From: Xanthobacteraceae bacterium
GTDB lineage: Bacteria; Pseudomonadota; Alphaproteobacteria; Rhizobiales; Xanthobacteraceae
DNA: 64,000 bases
Reading direction: 5' to 3'
Assembly (NCBI GenBank): GCA_036497645.1
Contig: DASXJB010000126.1
Span: forward strand, 3,769-67,768
Shown here one piece after another: positions 22,570-35,790 of the stretch (the stretch's first letter is position 1; the number at the start of each line of letters is the position of its first letter). Made by a program: the position numbers and the translations under genes. Under the pieces are notes generated by a model. The model was given only the letters and a program-made list of their open reading frames with translations, was not told the DNA's origin and ran no database searches.

Positions 22570-24177
22570 ATGGCGACCGTTAGCGCCAATAGACTCGAAC
22601 TGCTGCAGATCGCCGACGCGGTCGCCCGTGAAAAGGCGATTGATCGCAAGATCGTGCTCGGCGCCATGGAGGACGCGATCGCCAAGGCCGCGCGCTCGCG
22701 ATACGGCAGCGAGACCGAAGTGCGTGCGGAAATCGATTCGAAAAGCGGCGAGCTGCATCTGTCTCGCCACATGCTCGTAGTCGATACGGTCGAAAATTCC
22801 GCGACTCAGATCAGCCTCGACGATGCGCGGCGCCGGCACCCAGCGGCGCAAATTGGCGACACCATCGCCGATCCGCTGCCGCCTCTCGAATACGGGCGGA
22901 TTGCCGCGCAATCGGCAAAGCAGGTGATCGTGCAGAAAGTCCGTGAGGCCGAGCGCGATCGCCAATACGACGAGTACAAGGATCGCATTAGCGACATCGT
23001 CAACGGCATCGTCAAACGCGTTGAGTACGGCAATGTCGTCGTCGATCTCGGCCGCGGCGAAGCCATCGTGCGGCGCGATGAAATGCTGCCGCGCGAAGTG
23101 TTCCGCAACGGCGACCGCATCCGCGCCTACATTTACGACGTTCGGCGCGAGCCGCGCGGTCCGCAGATTTTCCTCTCCCGCACGCACCCCCAATTCATGG
23201 CTAAGCTATTCGCGCAGGAAGTGCCGGAAATCTACGACGGCATCGTCGAGGTCAAGGCGGTGGCCCGCGATCCGGGCTCGCGCGCGAAAATTGCCGTCGT
23301 GTCACGCGATTCTTCGGTCGATCCGGTCGGCGCCTGCGTCGGCATGCGCGGTTCGCGCGTTCAGGCGGTCGTCAACGAGCTCCAGGGTGAGAAAATCGAC
23401 ATCATTCCCTGGTCGCAGGATATCGCTACATTCGTGGTCAATGCGCTGGCGCCCGCCGAAGTTGCGAAAGTCGTTCTGGACGAAGAGCGCGAACGCATCG
23501 AGGTCGTCGTCCCCGATCAGCAGCTCTCGCTCGCCATTGGCCGGCGCGGCCAGAACGTGCGGCTTGCGTCGCAGCTCACCGGCTGGGACATCGACATCCT
23601 CACAGAGCAAGAAGAATCCGAACGCCGTCAGGCCGAATTCGAGAATCGCACGCGGATGTTCATCGACACGCTCAATGTCGACGAGGTGATCGGCCAATTG
23701 CTGGCTTCGGAAGGCTTTAACTCGGTCGAAGAGCTGGCGATGGTCGATGTCAAGGAAATTGCCGGCATTGAAGGCTTTGACGAGGACACCGCGGGTGAAC
23801 TGCAAACCCGCGCGCGTGAATATCTCGCCCGGATCGAGGCCGAGCTTGACGCCAAGCGCCGCGAGCTCGGCGTCGAAGACGCTCTTAAAGAAATCGAGGG
23901 CGTTACCACCGCGATACTGGTGCGTTTTGGCGAGAACGGCATCAAGACCGTCGAGGATCTCGCCGGCTGCGCGACTGACGACCTCGCCGGCTGGACCGAA
24001 CGCAAGGACGGCGAGGCCGTGCGCCAAGCCGGCATTCTCGACGGCATGGACGTAAGCCGGGATGAAGCGGAGGCGCTGATCATGCGCGCTCGCGTCAAAG
24101 CTGGCTGGATCAGCGAGGCTGATCTTGCCGCGCCTGCCGCGGTCGAGGAGCCGGCAGCGGAGCCGGTACAGCCTTAG
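22570..24177 (+). CDS. nusA: transcription termination/antitermination factor NusA
   Basis: 535 aa with an N-terminal domain, S1, two KH regions and C-terminal acidic repeats. Conserved operon context. Confidence 0.96.
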   Translation: MATVSANRLELLQIADAVAREKAIDRKIVLGAMEDAIAKAARSRYGSETEVRAEIDSKSGELHLSRHMLVVDTVENSATQISLDDARRRHPAAQIGDTIADPLPPLEYGRIAAQSAKQVIVQKVREAERDRQYDEYKDRISDIVNGIVKRVEYGNVVVDLGRGEAIVRRDEMLPREVFRNGDRIRAYIYDVRREPRGPQIFLSRTHPQFMAKLFAQEVPEIYDGIVEVKAVARDPGSRAKIAVVSRDSSVDPVGACVGMRGSRVQAVVNELQGEKIDIIPWSQDIATFVVNALAPAEVAKVVLDEERERIEVVVPDQQLSLAIGRRGQNVRLASQLTGWDIDILTEQEESERRQAEFENRTRMFIDTLNVDEVIGQLLASEGFNSVEELAMVDVKEIAGIEGFDEDTAGELQTRAREYLARIEAELDAKRRELGVEDALKEIEGVTTAILVRFGENGIKTVEDLAGCATDDLAGWTERKDGEAVRQAGILDGMDVSRDEAEALIMRARVKAGWISEADLAAPAAVEEPAAEPVQP

Positions 24178-24204
24178 ACCAGAGAGAGAGATCAAAGCTC
24201 ACGG

Positions 24205-24891
24205 ATGCTGGCACAGTCGGACGCTATTGAACTCGATGATGGACCGCGATCGCGCGGCGCCGAGCGCTTTTGCGTGGCGACCCGCGCCGTGCAGCCGGTG
24301 GAACACATGATCCGCTTCGTCATCGCGCCAAATGGCGAAGCCGTCGCCGATCTCAAACACAATCTGCCCGGGCGCGGCGTGTGGGTGACAGCGACGCGAA
24401 GCGCGCTGGATCAGGCGCAAAAGACCAACGCTTTCGCACGAGGATTCCCGCGCGATGTGCGGCTTGCCGGCGATCTCGTCCCTCGCACCGAACGGTTACT
24501 CGAAAATGCCGCACTCGATGCCTTGGCGGTGGCACGAAAAGCCGGATTGGTTGCCATGGGCTTTGCCCAAGTCGCGATGGCTCTCAAGCGCAACGCCGTC
24601 ATTGCGCTTCTGCATGCCGCTGAAGCGGCCCCGGACGGAGTTAAAAAGCTCAATTCCGCCCTAAGACAAAGCCGGCAAAGCGGATCGGTACGGATCATTC
24701 GAATATTGACGACCAGCCAATTGGATTTGGCACTGGGCCGCCCAAATGTGATACATGCAGCCCTGCTTGCCGGCCCGGCGAGCGAGACGTTTATGGCGCG
24801 TTTACGGCGCTTGGAGCGATTTCGGGGCGCCGAACTGGGCGAAGGTCCGGAACTCGATGAAGCCGGACCCGGACAAGGTGTTCAAGACTAA
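24205..24891 (+). CDS. YlxR/DUF448-family RNA-binding protein
   Basis: ERFCVATRAVQP...LPGRGVWV motif typical of YlxR, in the conserved position between nusA and infB. Confidence 0.8.
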   Translation: MLAQSDAIELDDGPRSRGAERFCVATRAVQPVEHMIRFVIAPNGEAVADLKHNLPGRGVWVTATRSALDQAQKTNAFARGFPRDVRLAGDLVPRTERLLENAALDALAVARKAGLVAMGFAQVAMALKRNAVIALLHAAEAAPDGVKKLNSALRQSRQSGSVRIIRILTTSQLDLALGRPNVIHAALLAGPASETFMARLRRLERFRGAELGEGPELDEAGPGQGVQD

Positions 24892-24912
24892 TGCGTACGG
24901 AACTGGATCGGG

Positions 24913-27489
24913 ATGAGCGAGACCACGAAAAATAGCGGCGAAAAGCTGAGCGTCACCCCTACCAAGACGCTGACATTAAAGCGCGGCGGTGTTGAGCAGG
25001 GCGTGGTGCGCCAGAGCTTCAGTCATGGCCGCAGCAAGGCCGTTGTGGTCGAGAAGGTTAAACGCCGCATTTCCGGACCGGGCGAGGCCAAGGCCGAGCC
25101 GGCGGCGCCGGATCGCAGCGCCGCGCCCAAACGCACCGGCGCAGCAGCTAAGGCGGCGGCGCCTGCATCGGCGGCCACCGCGGCTCCAGCCGCGTCGCCG
25201 AAAGCATCAGGGGTTGTGCTGCGCACCCTCACCGAGGACGAACGCAACGCGCGCGCTCATGCGCTCGCCGACGCCCGGCTGCGTGAAAATGAAGAACGCG
25301 AGCGCGCCGAAGGAGAGGCCCGGGCCCGGCTCACGCGCGAAGAGACCGAACGCGCCGAGCGCGCGGCTGCCGAGACCCGCAAGCGTGATGAAGAAGAGCG
25401 CCGCAAGCACGACGAGGAAACCCGGCGCAAGGCCGACGAAGTCGCCAAAAAGCGATTTGGCGCCGATACTACGATTGCCAAGCCCGGTGCGCGTCCGGCC
25501 CTGGAAGCCGACGATGACGAAGCGCCGCGCACGGCCAGACGCGGCGCACCCGCTCGGCCCGCCGCGGCACCCAAGCCGGCGCGCGGTGGCGCCGAAAAAC
25601 GGCGCGGCCGCCTGACCGTCGTCACCGCCTTTTCGGCGGGTGAGGAGCGTGAGCGATCGGAGGCCGCGTTCCGGCGTCGCGTTCTGCGCAAAACCGGCCA
25701 TCGCGACGCCGAGCCCAAGGAAAAAATTGCGCGCGAAGTGACGATCCCCGAGACGATCACGATCCAGGAGCTCGCCAACCGTATGGCCGAGCGGTCGGTG
25801 GACGTCGTGCGCATCCTGATGCAGCAAGGCCACATGGCGAATATCACCGACACGATCGACGCCGACACCGCGCAACTGATCGCCGAGGAACTCGGTCATA
25901 CAGTGCGGCGCGTTGCCGAGGCCGATGTCGAAGAAGGCATGTTCGATGCTCCGGATCCGCCGGAAAGCTTGCAGCCGCGCGCGCCGGTGGTGACCATCAT
26001 GGGCCATGTCGATCATGGCAAGACGTCGCTGCTCGATGCCATCCGCTCGACCGAAGTTGCCGCCGCCGAAGCCGGCGGGATCACCCAGCATATCGGCGCC
26101 TATCAGGTCACCTCGCCGTCCAGCGGCAGAATTACCTTCATCGATACGCCCGGCCACGCCGCCTTCACCGCGATGCGTGCCCGCGGCGCCAAAGTCACCG
26201 ACATTGTCGTGCTCGTGGTGGCGGCCGACGACGGCGTGATGCCGCAGACGGTTGAAGCGATTCATCACGCCAAAGCGGCCAAAGTCCCGATCATCGTCGC
26301 GATCAACAAAATCGATAAGCCGGATGCCAAGCCGGAGCGCGTGCGCACTGAATTGCTGCAGCATGAGATCCAGGTGGAATCGCTCGGCGGCGATGTGCTC
26401 GAGCTTGAAGTCTCCGCCAAGGAGAAGACCAATCTCGACAAGCTGCTCGACACCATCGCGCTGCAAGCCGAAGTGCTGGAACTCAAGGCCAATCCAAACC
26501 GGCCGGCCGAAGGCACGGTGATCGAGGCTCGCCTCGATCGTGGCCGCGGTCCGGTCGCCACCGTTCTCGTGCAACGCGGCACGCTCAAACCCGGCGACAT
26601 CGTCGTGGCGGGCAGCGAGTGGGGCCGGGTGCGCGCTTTGGCCTCCGACACCGGACACTCGGTAGTCGCTGCCGGACCGTCGATGCCGGTCGAGGTGCTC
26701 GGCTTCAATGGCACGCCGGAGGCCAGCGACCGGCTCGCCGTTGTCGACACCGAAGCACGTGCGCGCGAGATCACCGATTATCGTGCCCGCCAGAAGCGTG
26801 AAAAAATGGCTGCCCGGCAGACCGGCATGCGCGGTTCGCTCGAGCAGATGATGAATCAGCTCAAGACCGCCGGCCGCAAGGAATTCCCGCTGGTCGTCAA
26901 AGCCGACGTGCAGGGTTCGATCGAGGCGATCGTGGGGGCCTTGGAAAAACTTTCGACCAACGAAGTGGCGGCCCGCGTCATCTTTGCCGGTGTCGGCGGT
27001 ATTACCGAATCAGATGTTACGCTGGCGGAAGCATCGAACGCGGCCGTCATCGGCTTTAACGTCCGCGCGCATAAAGAAGCGCGCGAAGCCGCCGAGCGCG
27101 ACGGTATTGAAATCCGCTACTACGACATCATCTATAACCTCGTCGACGACGTGAAGAAGGCGATGTCGGGACTGCTCGCGCCGACGCTGCGCGAAACCAT
27201 GCTCGGCAACGCCGTCATCCTCGAGGTCTTCAAGGTGTCGAAAGTCGGCAATGTTGCCGGCTGCCGGGTCACCGACGGCACGGTGGAGCGCGGCGCCAAC
27301 GTTCGGCTTATCCGCGACAGCGTCGTCGTGCATCAAGGCAAGCTGTCGCAGCTCAAGCGTTTCAAGGATGATGCGCGCGAGGTCGTGGCCGGGCAGGAAT
27401 GCGGCATGGCATTCGAGAATTATCAAGATATGAAGGTCGGCGACATTATCGAATGTTACCGCGTGGAGACGATACAGCGGACGCTGTGA
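24913..27489 (+). CDS. infB: translation initiation factor IF-2
   Basis: 858 aa with a charged, low-complexity N-terminus and G-domain motifs [17 protein letters not shown] and NKID. Confidence 0.98.
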   Translation: MSETTKNSGEKLSVTPTKTLTLKRGGVEQGVVRQSFSHGRSKAVVVEKVKRRISGPGEAKAEPAAPDRSAAPKRTGAAAKAAAPASAATAAPAASPKASGVVLRTLTEDERNARAHALADARLRENEERERAEGEARARLTREETERAERAAAETRKRDEEERRKHDEETRRKADEVAKKRFGADTTIAKPGARPALEADDDEAPRTARRGAPARPAAAPKPARGGAEKRRGRLTVVTAFSAGEERERSEAAFRRRVLRKTGHRDAEPKEKIAREVTIPETITIQELANRMAERSVDVVRILMQQGHMANITDTIDADTAQLIAEELGHTVRRVAEADVEEGMFDAPDPPESLQPRAPVVTIMGHVDHGKTSLLDAIRSTEVAAAEAGGITQHIGAYQVTSPSSGRITFIDTPGHAAFTAMRARGAKVTDIVVLVVAADDGVMPQTVEAIHHAKAAKVPIIVAINKIDKPDAKPERVRTELLQHEIQVESLGGDVLELEVSAKEKTNLDKLLDTIALQAEVLELKANPNRPAEGTVIEARLDRGRGPVATVLVQRGTLKPGDIVVAGSEWGRVRALASDTGHSVVAAGPSMPVEVLGFNGTPEASDRLAVVDTEARAREITDYRARQKREKMAARQTGMRGSLEQMMNQLKTAGRKEFPLVVKADVQGSIEAIVGALEKLSTNEVAARVIFAGVGGITESDVTLAEASNAAVIGFNVRAHKEAREAAERDGIEIRYYDIIYNLVDDVKKAMSGLLAPTLRETMLGNAVILEVFKVSKVGNVAGCRVTDGTVERGANVRLIRDSVVVHQGKLSQLKRFKDDAREVVAGQECGMAFENYQDMKVGDIIECYRVETIQRTL

Positions 27490-27600
27490 CAACCGCCCTG
27501 CCTGGTTTTGTGCTGGGCGTTCCGTCTCAAATTTCAAAGGCCCTGGGACATGGATGGCCCAAGCACAGCGGCCATCACGAAAGGGTATCCGGATTCACCC

Positions 27601-28011
27601 ATGAGCCGCCGTCAGCATCGCGATCAAACGGCCGGAGCTTCGCAGCGCCAGCTGCGCGTTGCCGAATTGATCCGCCACGAAATGGCCGACATGCTCGCGC
27701 GCGGCGAGGTTCATGATCCGGTGATTGAACACCACATGATTACGGTTCCCGAAGTCCGCGTGACTGCCGACCTGCGACTGGCGACGATTTACGTCATGCC
27801 GCTTGGCGGACGTGACGAAAAGGAAGTGCTCGGCGCGCTCGAACGCAACGGCCGATACGTCCGCGGCGAGATCGCGCGGCGCGTTAACCTCAAATTTGCA
27901 CCTGAGATCAGATTTCGAATCGACGAGCGATTCGACGAAGCGGAACGGATCGAGAAGCTTTTGCGAACGCCTGCGGTCCAACGCGATCTCAGGGGCCGCA
28001 CCGAGAAATAA
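27601..28011 (+). CDS. rbfA: ribosome-binding factor A
   Basis: The ATG at 27601 gives a 136-aa RbfA-like protein ([18 protein letters not shown]). Confidence 0.88.
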   Translation: MSRRQHRDQTAGASQRQLRVAELIRHEMADMLARGEVHDPVIEHHMITVPEVRVTADLRLATIYVMPLGGRDEKEVLGALERNGRYVRGEIARRVNLKFAPEIRFRIDERFDEAERIEKLLRTPAVQRDLRGRTEK

Positions 28012-28096
28012 TGGACAATACCAGCATCGTTCCGAACACCTCGCGCGCGCCAAACAGCGTTCAATTGCCACGGGCGCGAATTATGGTTTCCAAAGC

Positions 28097-29113
28097 ATGA
28101 ATGCGTCGACCGGCTCGCTTGCTAATCCCGATGGCGAGGACACGCCCGCCACGCGCGTCAAGCGGCAAAAGCGCGACATTCACGGCTGGCTCGTGCTCGA
28201 CAAACCCGTCGGCATGACCTCAACTCATGCCGTCTCGGTCATCAAGCATTTGTTCGCAGCGCGGCGCGCCGGCCACGCCGGAACACTTGACCCGCTAGCG
28301 TCGGGATGCCTGCCGATCGCGCTCGGTGAAGCGACGAAAACCGTGCCGTTCGTTTTTGACGGGCGAAAAACCTATCGCTTCACGATTCGATGGGGCGAAG
28401 AACGCGACACCGACGACGCCGAAGGTCGCGTCGTAGCGACCAGCGACAAACGTCCCGACCGCGACGCGATCGAACGGTTACTGCCGCGCTTTACCGGCAC
28501 GATCGAGCAAGTACCGCCGCGCTTCTCCGCCGTGAAACTCGGTGGCGAGCGTGCCTACGATCTGGCCCGGGACGGTGAAACCGTCGAACTCGCCCCCCGC
28601 ACGATAACGGTCCACCGGCTTGAATTGGTTGAAATTCCCGACCCCGACCACGCCGTTTTCACTGCCGAATGCGGCAAAGGAACTTACATCCGCTCACTCG
28701 CGCGCGATCTTGGCCGGAAGCTTGGGACATTGGGGCATGTTTGCGGCCTGCGCCGCAGCCAGGTGGGGCCATTCGGCGAACCCGACATGATACCCCTGGA
28801 ACAGGCGCAATCTTTGTGCCATAGAGCGGCCGCCGGCGAGGGACACCTCGCCGACGCGCTAATGCCGGTCGAGACCGCGCTGGACGACATCCCGGCGCTG
28901 GCCGTGAGCCCGGCAGACGCGGCAAGGCTCCAGAGGGGTCAAGCCGTATTATTGCGCGGACGGGACGCTCCCATTGTCCGCGGCATGGTTCAGGTCGCTT
29001 GCAGCGGCCAACTCGTGACCATCGCCGAGGTCGAACATGGCGAGATCGTCCCCCGACGCGTGTTCAATTTAGCCGGCATCGCTGGTCGTGCCGGCAGAAA
29101 CAAAGGTTGGTGA
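28097..29113 (+). CDS. truB: tRNA pseudouridine55 synthase
   Basis: [13 protein letters not shown] and the catalytic-Asp motif [12 protein letters not shown]. The ORF-track N-terminus overlaps rbfA and was trimmed. Confidence 0.92.
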   Translation: MNASTGSLANPDGEDTPATRVKRQKRDIHGWLVLDKPVGMTSTHAVSVIKHLFAARRAGHAGTLDPLASGCLPIALGEATKTVPFVFDGRKTYRFTIRWGEERDTDDAEGRVVATSDKRPDRDAIERLLPRFTGTIEQVPPRFSAVKLGGERAYDLARDGETVELAPRTITVHRLELVEIPDPDHAVFTAECGKGTYIRSLARDLGRKLGTLGHVCGLRRSQVGPFGEPDMIPLEQAQSLCHRAAAGEGHLADALMPVETALDDIPALAVSPADAARLQRGQAVLLRGRDAPIVRGMVQVACSGQLVTIAEVEHGEIVPRRVFNLAGIAGRAGRNKGW

Positions 29114-29115
29114 CG

Positions 29116-29385
29116 ATGTCGATAACAGCCGCGCGTAAAGCGGAGCTTATCAAGACGTATGCTGTCAAATCTGACGATACCGGTTCGCCTGAGGTGCAAG
29201 TTGCCCTCTTGTCGGAGCGGATCAATAATTTGACGGAACACTTCAAGTCACATGTCAAAGACAATCACTCGCGGCGCGGCCTGTTGAAGCTCGTGTCGCA
29301 GCGGCGCCAGATTCTGGATTATCTCCGGCGCACCGACGATGGCCGTTACAAGGAGCTGATCGAGCGGCTTGGTATTCGTCGTTGA
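29116..29385 (+). CDS. rpsO: 30S ribosomal protein S15
   Basis: 89 aa ([44 protein letters not shown]...). Confidence 0.97.
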   Translation: MSITAARKAELIKTYAVKSDDTGSPEVQVALLSERINNLTEHFKSHVKDNHSRRGLLKLVSQRRQILDYLRRTDDGRYKELIERLGIRR

Positions 29386-29627
29386 CGATTTGCGCGCGGC
29401 AGGAGCCGCGCGTTCGGCGGCGCGCAGAATGCGGCCGCCATTGCCCGGCAGCAAAGCTGCCGATTCCGGGACGGGCGAGCGCCCGTCCGTATGCAGGAAG
29501 GTCCGAAGGCCATGGCAGGATCGCCGGATGCTGAACAAGCACCGCAGCTTTGTTGCGGTGATGACAGCCTCTTGCCGTCTTGCTTTTGGCTTTCGCCCTT
29601 TCGCGAAAACCATGAAAGACAATCGCA
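29386..29627 (+). promoter_or_regulatory. structured rpsO-pnp intergenic leader
   Basis: Three perfect hairpins: 29393-29412 (8 bp), 29469-29488 (8 bp) and 29540-29560 (7 bp). In E. coli the equivalent region carries the rpsO terminator and the RNase III/PNPase autoregulatory stem. Confidence 0.4.
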
Positions 29628-31799
<2,172 letters not shown>

Positions 31800-31831
31800 A
31801 GCTCGCCCTCAATCAATCGAAGTGAGATGAG

Positions 31832-31859
31832 GAGCGGCGTTCTCGAACGCCGCTCTTTT
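31832..31859 (+). terminator. intrinsic terminator of pnp
   Basis: GAGCGGCGTT-ctcg-AACGCCGCTC forms a perfect 10-bp stem followed by TTTT, 33 nt after the pnp stop. Confidence 0.8.
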
Positions 31860-31912
31860 AGTCGGCGCCAAGGACGTGCCGGTGCGAGTTTAGAACCGTA
31901 TCAGGCGTATCG

Positions 31913-32383
31913 CTATTCTCCGGCAGGGCCAGCGACGGCGCGTTGCGCATTGGCGTGCCGCAGGTTTTCTTTCATGGCCGCAAGTTCGGCGGCCATCCGC
32001 TCGACGGCGGCGCGGTCCACGCCCGCGAGCGCCGTCGCCATCAGCTCCTCGCCGAGCTTGGCGAGCCGCTCGAGGAGCGGGCGGGCCGCCGGTGTGAGGT
32101 ACAGCCGGTTGGCGCGGCGATCGTTCGGGTCGGGCCGGCGCTCGATCAGTCCACCGGCGCAGAGTCGATCCAAAAGGCGCGTCAGCGTGATCGGTTGCAG
32201 GTCGAGCATTTCAGCGAGCTCGGACTGCTTGAGCCCCTCGAACCGGTCGAGCCGCGCGAGGACCGTCCACTGTGCCCGCGTGATGCCGAGCCGGCCAGTT
32301 TTCTCATCAGCATAGGTTCGCAGCATGCGAGCCACATCATTGAGTAAGAAGGAGAATTCTCGATTAAGCGAGCGCGGCGCCAC
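31913..32383 (-). CDS. MarR-family transcriptional regulator
   Basis: 156 aa with a winged-helix MarR pattern (ITRAQWTVLARL...LKQSELAEMLDLQPITLTRLLDRL...DPNDRRANRLYLT). Confidence 0.88.
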   Translation of the reverse strand: MAPRSLNREFSFLLNDVARMLRTYADEKTGRLGITRAQWTVLARLDRFEGLKQSELAEMLDLQPITLTRLLDRLCAGGLIERRPDPNDRRANRLYLTPAARPLLERLAKLGEELMATALAGVDRAAVERMAAELAAMKENLRHANAQRAVAGPAGE

Positions 32384-32467
32384 GGCTGCTTCATATTATC
32401 GATGCCGGCACAATGTAAGCACGCTTATTAATTCTGCAATGCAAATTCGCGCGAAATGACCAAGCCT

Positions 32468-33040
32468 TCAGGTCAGACCCAGATCGGCAAATGCCGTCAG
32501 GTGATGATCGGCCGCGCCCTGGGCAAAGCAGCAGAACACGACATGGGTAATGCCGCGGTCAGAGGCGCCAAGCTCCGCGGCAACAGTGCCGATCGCGACG
32601 CGCGCGGCCCGGTCGGCCGGGAAAGCATAGACGCCGGTCGATATCGCCGGAAAGGCAATGGATGCGAGGCGGTGCGCCACTGCCAGATCGAATGCAGTGC
32701 GATAACAGGACGCGAGCAGCTCCTCTTCTCCAGCATGCCCCCCTCGCCAGACCGGGCCGACGGCGTGGATGACGTGCCTTGCCGGCAAGCGATAGCCGCG
32801 GGTGATTTTTGCCGAACCGGTTTCACAGCCGCCAAGGGTTCGGCATTCGGCACGCAGGTCCGGTCCGGCGGCGCGGTGAATGGCGCCGTCGACCCCACCG
32901 CCGCCAAGGAGCGTCCGGTTGGCGGCGTTGACGATAGCGTCGGCGACGAGCGTCGTGATGTCGGCGACGCAGACGTCAAGCCGCGCCGCACCGATCGCGG
33001 CACCGGCAAGCGAAGAGATATTGGCGATCGTAGCAGGCAC
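32468..33040 (-). CDS. macro-domain protein (O-acetyl-ADP-ribose deacetylase-like)
   Basis: [28 protein letters not shown] and ISTGVYAFP motifs of YmdB/Macro-type domains. Confidence 0.82.
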   Translation of the reverse strand: MPATIANISSLAGAAIGAARLDVCVADITTLVADAIVNAANRTLLGGGGVDGAIHRAAGPDLRAECRTLGGCETGSAKITRGYRLPARHVIHAVGPVWRGGHAGEEELLASCYRTAFDLAVAHRLASIAFPAISTGVYAFPADRAARVAIGTVAAELGASDRGITHVVFCCFAQGAADHHLTAFADLGLT

Positions 33041-33053
33041 GAGGCTGAGTTTA

Positions 33054-34148
33054 TCACGCCCATTCGGCTTGCGCTTCGGCGCGCAGATCGACCGTGCTCT
33101 TCACGCCGATATCGTCGAAGTGCTCGTCGAGGAAACGCCGCGCCGCGCGCTTGCCGCTGACGTAGAGCATGTTGAAAAAATCGTAATCGTTAGAAAGCCT
33201 GCTGGACGCGTCCAGATGCGTGCCGAAGCGGTCGAGCACGATGCGATGCACGTTGATGCGGCGGTACTCTCCCGGACCGATGCCGCGCGGCAGCCGGCCT
33301 TGATCGATCAGACGCGCGACGAAATCAATGGCGCGGTATTCAGCGAGAAGCGACGAGTTGAACGTGATCTCGTTGATGCGATTCATGATCTCGCTCGACG
33401 ACATCGGCGTCGACTGCCGCACCAGGGGATTTATTTGCACCACGAGCACGTCCTCGGTTGCAGTCGTGCGGAAGAACGGAAAAATCACCGGATTGCCGAG
33501 ATAGCCGCCGTCCCAGTACGGCACGCCGTCGATTTCGACGGCGCGGAACAACAACGGCAGGCAGGCTGACGCCATTACCGCGTCGGCGGTTATCTTATCG
33601 CGCGGAAAGATCCGCACATGCCCGGTCTGCACATTGGTCGCAGAGATAAAGAGTTGCAGATCGGTATTTGCGCGCAGCGTTTCGAAATCGACAAAGCGCT
33701 CGATCAGGTCCTTCAACGGATTGATATTGAGCGGATTGACGTCATAAGGCGAAAAATAGCGCGACAAAGCATTGACCCAGGCTTGTACGGGCGTGCCCTC
33801 AAGCGGCGTGAACGACAGCAGCCGTTCCATGACCCCACGCTGCAGCGCCGGAAGATTGCCGGTGCTCGAAGCCGAACGCCAGAAGTCGGCGAGCCGCTTT
33901 TGCGCTTCCTCTCGCCCGCCGCGGCACAGCCCGTCGGCGAGCATCACGGCGTTGACGGCTCCGGCGGACGTGCCCGAGATTCCCTCGACGCTAAGCCGCT
34001 CATCGCTGAGAATTTGATCGAGCACACCCCAAGTGAAGGCGCCGTGCGCACCACCGCCTTGCAGCGCCAGATTGATGCGTTTGGTGGTTGCCGATGCTTT
34101 TTTCTCTGCCGCGCGGGCAGGCATCAGCGAGGCCAAGACGTTCTTCAT
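33054..34148 (-). CDS. patatin-like phospholipase family protein
   Basis: Oxyanion GGGAHGAF, nucleophile elbow GTSAGA and catalytic-Asp context WDGGY. 364 aa. Confidence 0.88.
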   Translation of the reverse strand: MKNVLASLMPARAAEKKASATTKRINLALQGGGAHGAFTWGVLDQILSDERLSVEGISGTSAGAVNAVMLADGLCRGGREEAQKRLADFWRSASSTGNLPALQRGVMERLLSFTPLEGTPVQAWVNALSRYFSPYDVNPLNINPLKDLIERFVDFETLRANTDLQLFISATNVQTGHVRIFPRDKITADAVMASACLPLLFRAVEIDGVPYWDGGYLGNPVIFPFFRTTATEDVLVVQINPLVRQSTPMSSSEIMNRINEITFNSSLLAEYRAIDFVARLIDQGRLPRGIGPGEYRRINVHRIVLDRFGTHLDASSRLSNDYDFFNMLYVSGKRAARRFLDEHFDDIGVKSTVDLRAEAQAEWA

Positions 34149-34275
34149 TGCGAATGGCTTCTTTGGGTTCGGGCGACCACGCTAGAAACCGCGGACAGAA
34201 ATGCGCGAGCAAGTGCGCGCGATCGGATCCGTCAGCAATCACATCAACGGACGCTTTGCGCCGGCACCCTCGGCA

Positions 34276-35058
34276 TCACTCCGCCGTCCAGCCTCCATCG
34301 ATCGAAAGATTTGCGCCGGTAATCGACCTGGCCGCATCGGAGGAAAGATAAACGGCAAGGTCGGCGACTTCGTCGACAGTGACGAATTCTTTTGTCGGCT
34401 GCGCCGCCAACAATACGTCGCGCTTGACCTGCTCTTCGGTTATGCCACGGGCTTTCGCGGTGTCGGGAATCTGTTTCTCAACGAGCGGCGTCCACACGTA
34501 ACCTGGACTGATGCAATTGCAGGTGACGCCGAAAGTGGCGAGTTCGAGCGCGACCGTCTTGGTCAGGCCGGCAAGGCCGTGCTTGGCGGAGACGTAAGCG
34601 ACCTTGAACGGCGAGGCCACCAGCGAATGCGCCGACGCGGTATTGATGATGCGGCCCCATTTTCGCGACTTCATTCCCGGCACCGCGGCGCGGATCGTGT
34701 GAAAGGCCGAGGACAGATTGATCGCGATGATTTGGTCCCACTTCTCGATCGGAAATTCCTCGATCGGGGATACGAACTGGATGCCGGCATTGTTGACGAG
34801 AACATCGAGCGACCCGAATGTCTTCTCGCTGGTGCGGACCATTTCGGCGATGTCGCCAGATTTGGTCATATCGGCCGGCGAATAGATCGCCTTGACCTTG
34901 TAATCTTTCTCGATTGCGACTCGTTCTTTTTCGATCGCGTCCTTGTCGCCAAAGCCGTTGATCGTGACATTGGCGCCCTGCGCGGCCAACGCGCGGGCGA
35001 TGGCAAGGCCGATTCCGGATGTGGAACCGGTTACCAGCGCTGATTTTCCCTGCAGCAT
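34276..35058 (-). CDS. bdhA: 3-hydroxybutyrate dehydrogenase (SDR)
   Basis: 260 aa with TGSTSGIGLAIA, NNAG and YVSAKHG motifs. The overall sequence is typical of D-beta-hydroxybutyrate dehydrogenases. Confidence 0.85.
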   Translation of the reverse strand: MLQGKSALVTGSTSGIGLAIARALAAQGANVTINGFGDKDAIEKERVAIEKDYKVKAIYSPADMTKSGDIAEMVRTSEKTFGSLDVLVNNAGIQFVSPIEEFPIEKWDQIIAINLSSAFHTIRAAVPGMKSRKWGRIINTASAHSLVASPFKVAYVSAKHGLAGLTKTVALELATFGVTCNCISPGYVWTPLVEKQIPDTAKARGITEEQVKRDVLLAAQPTKEFVTVDEVADLAVYLSSDAARSITGANLSIDGGWTAE

Positions 35059-35286
35059 GCGGATCTCCGATTAACTGTGGTGTCAGATCGGACACCAGGG
35101 AACTGGTGGAGGGAGCTTGCCAAGCAATGTGGGGCGCTTTTTGCTGCAGTGCAATATCAAATTGCGCGCTTATGCCGGAAACGTTTCTTCCGAGCAGCGA
35201 TCAATTAGACTAGTGCAAACAAGACCAGCACGGACTAATGCATAGGCGCTGCGCCGGCGCTGTGCCGGACAAAGCACCAGGCAATC

Positions 35287-35766
35287 ATGTCGTCCGCAAT
35301 TTTCCCCGCCCCCGATCACGACCATGAGCGCTGCACCAGCGCTGCCATCGCACATGCCGAAGCGCAGTGCGCCGAGCGCGCCCAGCGGCTCACGCCGATG
35401 CGGCGCCAAGTGCTCGAAGTTTTGCTGACCAGCCATCGCCCGCTTGGCGCCTACGAAATCATCGATCGCTTGCAACAGAAGATACGCCCGGCGCCGATCA
35501 CGATTTACCGAGCGCTCGAGTTTCTGAGCGACAACGGTCTCGTTCACCGCATCGAAAGCCGCAACGCCTTCGTCGCTTGCGTGCACAATCATGGCGCCGG
35601 CGATCTTGTCATTTTCCTGATTTGCGAACGCTGTGGCGCGGTCGGCGAAGCACCCGGAGCCGCAGCTGCCGAGGCGCTCAAAGCCTCTTCGCGCGCGGCC
35701 GGCTTTTCGCCACGCAGTCCGTTGGTCGAAATCGCCGGCGTTTGCGCGCATTGCCGTGAGCGATAA
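35287..35766 (+). CDS. Fur-family transcriptional regulator (Zur-like)
   Basis: 159 aa with a winged helix (RQVLEVLL...GAYEIIDRL) and two CxxC pairs (CERC, CAHC). Confidence 0.72.
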   Translation: MSSAIFPAPDHDHERCTSAAIAHAEAQCAERAQRLTPMRRQVLEVLLTSHRPLGAYEIIDRLQQKIRPAPITIYRALEFLSDNGLVHRIESRNAFVACVHNHGAGDLVIFLICERCGAVGEAPGAAAAEALKASSRAAGFSPRSPLVEIAGVCAHCRER

Positions 35767-35790
35767 GCGGCTGCAAATCGACTAACCGCA

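Noticed and set aside
25207-26658. 483-aa ORF antisense to infB. Similar long antisense or out-of-frame ORFs occur at 13954-15033, 22228-23193, 23302-24195, 29679-30647, 30657-31745, 35782-36597, 45394-46137, 53700-55022 and 63177-63935.
   Set aside because: All lie entirely inside strongly supported housekeeping genes on the opposite strand. Their translations are Arg/Ala/Gly/Pro/Asp-rich with no recognisable motifs. Stop-free antisense frames of this kind are expected in high-GC DNA.
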